A DNA stretch of 64,000 nt, taken from assembly GCA_951406725.2 (NCBI GenBank), contig OX597817.1:83514001-83578000 (forward strand), in the 5' to 3' direction. This stretch comes from Octopus vulgaris. Lineage: Eukaryota. How positions within the stretch are numbered: position 1 is the first letter of the stretch; every line of letters starts with the position of its first letter. This document shows, one piece after another, positions 55,069-64,000 of this stretch. The notes beneath the pieces were generated by a model. It ran no database searches, was not told where the DNA came from, and saw only the letters and a list, made by a program, of their open reading frames with translations. A program made the translations under genes and the position numbers.

Positions 55069-55124
<56 letters not shown>

Positions 55125-57149
55125 TGGGGTAGGCAGCAATCAATCTTCAATATTTCGAACAAAGTAGCTTTTGAAATGACTGTGAATTCCAATCTTTTAT
55201 CTGTTGCCTTGATCGCAAATATACATGCAAACATACATACACCCATCCACAGATACATGCTTACATACACACACATGCACACACATTTATGCACACACAC
55301 ACACACACACATACACATGTAATGTATATCATTATTAAGGCTGTAAGCGAACCAGTCACAAACAGTGTTTCTGACAGATTAGTTAACGACAATTTGCTGC
55401 GCATGCAGTGAGCAGCTAATTATTAGCTAATGAACTGAAATATAAGTAATTTGCTAAATTGAAAATTGTCAAATTTTATCTATTTTAATTTTTTTCATCT
55501 CATTTGTATAAGATTTAATCATTCATGTAAGCATATGTAAGCCGAAAATTATATATTTGCGGCTACAGCCTTAAAGCATAAATTATTTCCAAAGAATCTA
55601 TCCCGAATGTACTATACGAAACAACGAAGATGCGTTTCGACTTTCGTATGAAAATTGAAAGCAGATATTTAGTTGGAGAGAAATTGATATGTTTACAAAG
55701 TCCAAGATACATTTATCTACTTAAGAAGTAGATGGACATATCACTTTTGGTCATTGGTGTTCTGATTTTAGTGATAATGACTTGCCTGAAACACGATAAG
55801 TACTTTAACTAGAAATTAAATGTTACAGACAGTTCCTACCATTAACTTGCAACAATTGTTTGTTCCTTCACCGTGTGTTTTGGAATATGTGTGCTATTAA
55901 GATAAAACTAGTATTTTTCTTGACAGCTGGTTTTAATTAGGCTTTAAATTCATGTTCTCTGTTGGACAGTTGTTTTTCTCTTAATTTGCAACTAATATTC
56001 AAATGTTTATAATCAATATCCATTAAGCTACACAGAAAAATCGATGAGACAACTGTTTTTCTCACTTGGTTAGATTGTATCAAATTTTTGGTAAAAATAC
56101 AACTCGGCGTAATATTGTTTCTAAAACCATGATACGAAGATCAAGTCTTGGATCTTGTTTATAACTTGTACAGTTTACCAATGAATATTTTATGTTTCAG
56201 TAATACTATAGAAATACGTTCGAAATCAATGATTATCAGCTGACACTTTAGCACTAATTCAAATTTATATTCAACTAATCACACGACATATATTTTTTCC
56301 CCAGTTCGTCCATGTATTGACTAATAGAGGTTAGTGAAAAGTCTTAAAAATACTGATTGCTACATGCTACGAACTACATCAAAGTGAAAATAACATATAT
56401 TCGAAAATGTAGGCTGTATAGAAGCCATGCAGTGTGAAGAACGAAGAACCTGTTATGAATCAACTTGGAAAAAATTTAATAGTAATATTTAAATCTATTG
56501 CGCGAACGAATAATGTAGCGGCAATGATGATAAATGTAGCTTTACGTCGATTTAATGTTCGCGACAATAAATGAGTTCAAAATTTCTTAACGGCTGATGG
56601 AAACAGTCTGTAATTTTCAAAGAAATCTGCATAGCGTACTTTATGCCATATAGATTTTCTTTTCTCAGAAAAACTAGTTTCTTCTTTTATGTATCTGGAT
56701 ATTGTTTCTGTGCTTTTTCTTTTTTTTTTTTTTGGTAAGAGAAATGCATATATAAATGTATATATAATGTAAATATAATGTATATATAAATGTCGTATTG
56801 GAAGAAACGATGAATAAGTAATCCACACTATGGGAAAGTTGAAATAAATAAAACTAAAAAAATTACTGAGTCTTTATTCTCTCCAACCCTCAGTTATTTC
56901 TCTTTGGCATTAACATATAGATATTCAGACACTGGCACGAATATTGTCTTGTTGAATATACTTTTGTCACTCCCTATTTTGAGAAAAATCCAATATCTGA
57001 TTGGATATTAATTATGTTTGGCCAACATATATGTAGTGTGGTCGTCATTTTATTTTGTCCATTGATATGGTGTGTGCTAATGTATTTTTCGCGTGCATAA
57101 ATATATATATGTATAGATAGATAGTTGAATAATTGTGTGTGTGTATATA

Positions 57150-57190
<41 letters not shown>

Positions 57191-57202
57191 AACGTCTATG
57201 CG

Positions 57203-57497
57203 TGCAGGCACGTGGCTTGGTGATTTGGGTATTCGGCTCACGATCGTGAGTTCGATTCCTGGCCGACACTTTATTTCGCGTTGGTCCAGTCCTCTCTGCT
57301 GGCAAAAATAAGTTGTACTTGGGATGCAAAGGGCCAGCCTTGTCACGTTCTCTGTCACGCTGAATCTCCCTGAGAACTACGTTGAGGATACGCATGTCTG
57401 TTGGGTGCTCAGCCACTTCCACGCTAATTTCACGAGAAAGCTATTCCGTTAATCGAATCAACTGGAACACTCGCAATCGTAACCGATGGAGTGTCGG
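57203..57497 (+). mobile_element. tRNA-derived SINE family D
   Basis: A-box-like tggcttggtga, B-box gagttcgattcc; body shared with 48830-48945. Confidence 0.75.
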
Positions 57498-58477
57498 TTA
57501 TCCATCTTTGTATGTTAAATGCTCTATTCGTTCTGAATGTTTTTTATTTGTATATGTATTTTATGTATCTATTTATGTTGTATATATGTTATAAGTAACA
57601 TATCTCTATACTTGTCATTTTTTTTGCAAAACAGTAAGAAAATAAATTCTTTATTGTTTTCAGTTATTTCTGAATCTGATTCCATGTTGACTGGTCGGTG
57701 GTTATAGACAATTAATTCAAATCAAATGCTTATTTGGTACTTATTTATCTCATCAAAGAGCCGTAAAAACATATAGCTTATAAGCACAGCATTTTATCAG
57801 TTCTGCTGCTCCATTAACCTTAATATCGTGAAAACACTCTTCGAGGATCTTGTGTGCTTTCTTTTTTCTGTTCGAGATTATTAAGTTTCAGGACTGATTT
57901 TAAAAGCAAAAAGAAGAGACACTAATCTTTATCTTCCCATCAAATAATGATGACGATTTGATTATTTCTTTATTTTATATCTACATTCACTTGAAACCTA
58001 TTTTTTTTCGAACAACGAAAGAAACAAATAGAGAAACGAGACATGCAACATAAAGAATATTCCCCTTCCTCTGTTGACCCTGTTTCATCTACTCCGCGAA
58101 CAAGGACAATAAGGCGACTTCGTTAAAACAGTCCTCCCCGCAAAGCAAATTAAATAAAATTTTGGAATTTTTGCGGAGGGTGAAAGTGGTAACAAGAACA
58201 GGACAGTGAGAACAAGACTGTAAAAACAAACGGTGAGGGCTGTTAAGCCAAGACAATAGAAAAATTATGAACGCTAGGAAGACGAGCTTATATATATATA
58301 TATATGTGTGTGTGTGTCTATGTGTCTGTGTGTGTGTCTGTGTGTGTGTGTGAGCGAGTGTGTGTTTGTGTGTATAATATATATACATATACAATTTAAA
58401 AATACGAATTTATCAAGTCGCGTGAAAACCCTTATAAGGGAAAAATGTATTAATTATTCCCTTTAAATATATTTATT

Positions 58478-58612
58478 TATATTAAGGGCATTACTATACA
58501 TAAATGCCTCACACTAGGAGGAACTCTTAAAGTTAAAACTTATTATGGTAGTTTTGATTTTAAGAGTCCCTCCTAGCGTGAGGCATTTATGTATAGAAAT
58601 GCCCGTAATATA
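58478..58612. repeat. Hairpin with ~63-bp arms; head-to-head copies of a Penelope-associated terminal sequence
   Basis: gggcatt.ctatacataaatgcctcac.ctaggagg.actcttaaa and its reverse complement; homologous to 28578-28650. Confidence 0.85.
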
Positions 58613-58879
58613 TATATATATATATTAAACTACCCGTGACCCGTTAGGTCACCGCGACACTCTGTGTTTCCCAGCCACGGAGTTTTGTTTCGTGGGTTAA
58701 TTTTTTTTTTCTGTTCAGGATTATTTCGCATGCTTTCAACGAATGCGATATCGAAATCACGCGTAAAGGGCTCTTTTCCCCCCAAAGGAGAGATTTAGTT
58801 ATTGAGATACATTTTTATACATAGAGAGAGAGGGAGAGAAGACTTCAATAAAAAATGATATACACATATATATATATAT

Positions 58880-59029
<150 letters not shown>

Positions 59030-59039
59030 GTCCATGTGT

Positions 59040-59245
59040 GTGTATTTTCGTGTCTGGGTTTGTTCCCACCAACCACCGCTTGACAACCAATGCTGGTGTG
59101 TTTGCATCGTCGCAACTTAGCGATTCAGCAAAGAAGACTGATAGAATAAGTACCAAGCTTTAAAAACGGATCTATTCATTCAACCAGAAATTTAAGTCGG
59201 TGTCCCAACATGTCCAGAGTCTAACGACTGAAAGAAACAAAAGAT
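59040..59245 (+). mobile_element. SINE family A, 3' half
   Basis: accgcttgacaaccaatgctggtgtgttt..gatagaataagtacc. Confidence 0.75.
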
Positions 59246-59257
59246 CTAGGTTAAAAG

Positions 59258-59330
<73 letters not shown>

Positions 59331-59365
59331 TGTATGTATGTATGTATGTATGTGTGTGTGTGTGT

Positions 59366-59420
<55 letters not shown>

Positions 59421-59426
<6 letters not shown>

Positions 59427-60245
59427 AATCCAAACGGGAAAACAGAAAAAACAACAACACGTGGAACAATTACAGTATTATTATTAATAGGCGCTCAGGA
59501 AAGATGGAAGCAGGAAGGTATGACGTTTCGAGCGGAGCTCTTCGTCGGAAACATAAAGAAGGAAGAGAGAGGAAAGAAAGATCCCAAAGTGGGCAACAAG
59601 AGATGGAGAAAAAAAAACGACTGGTGTTTACGAAGTACACATGGTGAAAGGTGGAAGTTTACGATAACAAGAGCAAAGTAGGTTTTTAAAGCCAAAAGAG
59701 TGGAGACAAGGTTGGTAACTCAACAGATGTGTGTGTATGTGTGAGTGTGTGCGTGTGCGTGTGTGTATGTGTGTGTGAGGCGAGATAAAAAAACAAAAAA
59801 TATATGTATATGTTAGTGTGTGCGTCTGTGTGTAGGCGTGTGAGGTAGGGCGAACAGTAGTAGGCAGCAGACAGTGGTCAGTAGTAAGAAAATGAAGGAA
59901 GGAGGAAGGGAGGGAGGGGAAGGGGTGGGGGCGTATGTAACGTGCCAGCGTGTGTGTTGAGTAGTAGTGTGTGTGTGTCCAGTGTCGTGGTTGTATTAAT
60001 GGCGAGTAGATTTGAAGTGTGTGTAAGAGTAATGTATATATTTAAGCAATGTGTGTGTGTGAGTGGGTGTATGTATGTGTGCGCGTGTGTGTAACAAAAA
60101 AGGTGGGGTTATAAGGAAAAAGGACTCCAGCTGAGGGGAAGATGGAAGAGTGGTCCCGCGGAGACGGGCGTGGGAGAACCCAACGACAGGCGACGGCCCC
60201 AGAAACGAGCGGGAGGTCTCGTCGGGTCCAAGAGCGAGGTGCATG
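59421..60245 (-). mobile_element. Penelope-like 3' region with pLTR and hammerhead variant (59518-59552)
   Basis: Minus strand reads gttt-CCGACGA-a-gag-ctccg-ctc-GAAA-cg-TC-atac; 60100-60240 weakly resembles a PLE endonuclease tail. Confidence 0.55.
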
Positions 60246-60249
60246 CATG

Positions 60250-60415
60250 CGCGTATGCGTGCGCAAACCGGCGCAAGCGCGTGTGTGCGCACGCCTGCGA
60301 GTGTGTGTGTAAGTATGTATGTGTGAGTGTGTCTGTGTGTATGTCTGGGTGTCAGTGTGTCCGATGAATGTATGTAATTATGTGTGTATATATGTGTGTG
60401 CATAGATGTATGTCC

Positions 60416-60446
<31 letters not shown>

Positions 60447-60768
60447 AGTGTGTATGTATGTGCGTGTGGGTGTGTGGAAGTGTGTGTATGTGCATGTGTG
60501 TGCGCGTACATACAGGTGTGTGAGTGAGTGTGTGTGTGTGTGTGTGTGTGTGAGTGTGTATGTATGTGTGTGTAGGATGCATGTATGTGTATGGGTGTAT
60601 GTATGTGTGTGTGTATGTATGTATGTGTACGTGCGTGTGTGTGTGTGTATGCGTGTAGGTGTGCGCGTGTGCATGCATGCATGCATGTGCGTATGTGTGT
60701 GTGTGTGTGTGTATGCATGTGTATGTAGGTGTGTGTGTACGTGTGTATGTATGTGTGTATGTGTGTGT

Positions 60769-60810
<42 letters not shown>

Positions 60811-61920
60811 GTGTGTATGTAGGTGTGTGGGCGTGTGTGTATAGGTGTATGTATGTATGTCTGGGTGTGTCCGTGCATGTTTGTGTGTGTGTGTGTGTGT
60901 ATGTGTGTGTGTGTATGTGTGTGTGTGTGTGTATGTGTGTGTCTGTGTGTATGTATGTGCGTATAGGAGTATGTTTGTGTGTATGTGTGTGTGTGTATGT
61001 GTGTGTGTGTGTGTGCATGTGTATAAGTATATGTGTGTGTGCGTATGTGTGTGTATGTGTGTATGTGTGTGTATGTATGTGTGTGTGTGTATGTGTGTAG
61101 GAGTGTGTGTGTATGTGTGTGTATGTGTATGGGTGTGTGTCTGTGTGTGTTTGTGTGTGTGTGTAGGTAGGTGTGTGTGTGTAGGTAGGTGTGTGTGTCT
61201 GAGTGAGGGTATGGCTGTGTAGGTGTGTGTGTGTGTGTATGTGTACGTGTGCGTGTGTATGTGTGTGTGTGTATGCGTGTGAGTGTGGGTGTATGGGTGT
61301 ATGTCTGTGTGTGTGTATGTCTGAAGTAGGTGTGTGTGTATGTATGTATGTGTGTGTGTGTGTGCGGGTATGTGTGTGGGTATGTGTGTGTGAGTAGGTG
61401 TGCGTGTATGTATGTGGGTAGGGATGCATGCGAGTGTGTGGGTATGTATGCATACATACGCACGCGCACACCCGAAGCAAGCCCACACACACGAAGCGCG
61501 CTCACGCACACAACACACAAGCAATACAACGCAAGCCCATGGGGCCAACCAAGCCCCCAGCGCGCGCCAAGGCGCGCGAGCGCAAAGGCCCTCGAACGAC
61601 CCGCTACGCGGGAACCGATGATCCATCAGCCAAAACCGGAAAGCAGAAAAGAGGGGGTGGCTGCCTGGATGCAAAAAGGTGTATGTGTGTGTGCATTCAG
61701 TGTAAGGGTGTGCATGTGTGGGTATGTATGTATGTGTGTGTGCCTACATGTATGTGTGCATGTGTGTGTGTGAAGTATGTACGTGCGGTGTGTGTATGTG
61801 TGTGTGTGTGAAGTATGTACGTGCGGTGTGTGTGTGTGAGTGTGTGTGTATGTATGTGCGTTATATATATGTGTGTGTGTGTGTATGTATGTGTGTATAT
61901 CTCACACACACATACACACA
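60250..61920. repeat. Long, irregular (GT)/(GTAT) low-complexity tract
   Basis: Direct reading; source of the His/Thr and Cys/Val ORFs. Confidence 0.93.
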
Positions 61921-61983
61921 GACAGAATATATATGTGTATACATGTGTATGCATTTTTATTTATTTCTCTCTCTCTCTCTCTC

Positions 61984-62038
<55 letters not shown>

Positions 62039-63832
62039 CTTTAGTCTACTGTTATAGTGTTATCCGTCATATGAGTGGTAACTTTGGAAGTATACTTTTA
62101 TCCACATGGCAAGTATCGAAATATGGCATATGTACAATAATTGTTTCTCATTTCCTCCTCTTCCTCCTCATATTCATCTGCCTATGATTCTTTCACCAGA
62201 CTGTACAACATTGCTCTACCCATGACTTGCAGCCAAGTCGAGTATGTGCACTCATCTTGCACCTCTTCCGTTAACTCGCTGTCCTCTCTCTTTACGATGT
62301 AAGGCGTGACAGGAGAAATCAACCAATTAACCAAGCAACCAACCAGCAACCAACTAACCAACATTCATATCAGCAACTATTATAATGAAATTTAAATTCC
62401 TTCCCTATGAAATGCATTTCCTGCGCCTCTGTTATTAAATATAGATCAAATAAAGTAATACGTATGCCTTACTTGGATAAACGTTTTCTCCAAAGCGAAT
62501 TATTACTATAAGTAAAAATTAGTCGGTACTGTTGAGAATCCAAAGAAATAACTTAAACTGGGGTATTCATTGTCTTAGTGTAGAATGGTAAGTAACTAAG
62601 ATAAAGATTAATCTGCTATTCCTATTCAATGTTCCTGATTATAGTTATTACACTTAGTCTGTATCACTTCTGCACTTCGTAAAGGAAGCAGCGTTACAGT
62701 TATTTCTATACATTTTTAAGAAACAAATATGTTGACGTCGAAAGAATCCCGAGCAATAATTAATAGCATTAACATTCGTTTCATGCTTTATTACATCAAA
62801 AGAACCTTAAACTGTATCACAAATAACTGATCGTCTACCAAAATTTTAATAGCAAACATTGAAACGTTCTTTCAAAACGGCATATTGAAAGATGTATATG
62901 TTAACAGCAAATCCAACGATAACAATTGTTCAATTTCGGTAATTCTTTTCACGATAAATAAATTTAAATCATTTAATATATACACTGGAAACAATTCGGA
63001 GACCAACTAAGATAATAATTTCGATAATATTTAGCACCAATATTTGCCTTCCTTGTTGCGTTCATTTAACAACCTACGTACGAATGTAACTACCTCCATA
63101 CTTTCCGAACCAGTTACCAATCTATCAACTATCTGTCTATCTATCGATCATCTTGCCTGTTTATGAAACCAATTACTTCTCCATATTCTTCCTCCACAAA
63201 TTTCATTCCATGGAAGATGCAATGTAATATGTATACATATATGTAATATTGATGTATGTGTCCTTGTTTGTGGATATATATATCATACATACCTTGCTTC
63301 TTTGTGTAAGCATGTGTGTATGCATTTACATATCTGCATGAATATGCGTGCACACACATACACGGGAGCGCGTACTCCTGCCTCCCCCACATATATATAT
63401 ATGCATATATATATAAATCAAAGGTAGAACAGAAAAAATACTACAAACGGAAACTATCAAAACACAACCTGCGGAAAAAAGGATGATAGCACGACAACGG
63501 CAAATGGGACAAAACGAGATACATGGATCATTCGCAGCCAACCACCTCTTCAGTAGGAGTCCGGAATATCTTCGTAGTTTCACACACTTATCTCCGATAA
63601 TACTCGAAACCGGCTGGGTCAGGGACTTAAGCTGAAGGCGTTAAGCCTCTGGGAAAGGCAAAGGAGTACATAGAGGAAAACAAATAAGTAAATAATAGAA
63701 AAGGCCTCTTAACTATCAGAGGATTGTAGCAAGCTGGCGCAAGGAGAATGGATATGGAAAAATCTTAAAAGACTGAGCGGCAGGACAGAACAGAACACAC
63801 ACACACACACAGATATATATATATATATATAT

Positions 63833-64000
63833 GCGCAGGATTACCTGTGTGGCAAGTAGCTTGCTTACCAGCCACATGGTTCCGGGTTCAGTCCAACTGC
63901 GTGGCACCTTGGGCAAGTGTCTTCTACAATAGCCTCCGGCGAACCAAAGCTCTGTGAATGGAGTCTGTGTTTTCCCCCCACACACACCATCACTTGGCAA
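63833..64000 (+). mobile_element. SINE family A, 5' part (runs off the window)
   Basis: gcgcagga..tgtgtggcaagtagcttgcttacc..ccgggttcagtcc..ggcaccttgggcaagtgtcttctac. Confidence 0.88.

Noticed and set aside
59996-61674. 383-498 aa His/Thr-rich ORFs
   Set aside because: Open in all frames because (CA)n-type repeats lack stop codons; no domain structure

Overview
AT-rich, microsatellite-dense animal genomic DNA. It is not prokaryotic, and the SINE families and repeat style suggest an octopus or other coleoid cephalopod (inference). There is one intact gene: a rhodopsin-class neuropeptide GPCR of the FMRFamide/sex-peptide-receptor type with an intronless CDS (26352-27770, +). The rest is a patchwork of decayed mobile DNA. 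It includes tRNA-derived SINEs, three Gypsy LTR relics (one nested in a DD41D Tc1/mariner transposase), a mariner, a Chapaev3-like transposase, R4/Dong, RTE and L1/Tx1-like LINE pieces, Penelope (GIY-YIG) relics and several palindromic MITEs. The most interesting unannotated signal is a set of self-cleaving-ribozyme-like motifs. These are a tRNA-headed SINE carrying a minimal hammerhead with an intact catalytic core (~29809-30131), several Penelope-type minimal hammerheads with variant cores (some at the turning point of fold-backs), and an HDV-like fold at the start of an RTE 5'UTR-like element. Also notable are a SINE trimer inside a single 18-bp target-site duplication and long hairpins near the GPCR. 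Most ORFs in the track are microsatellite artefacts. Everything was read by eye, so boundaries of decayed elements are approximate.
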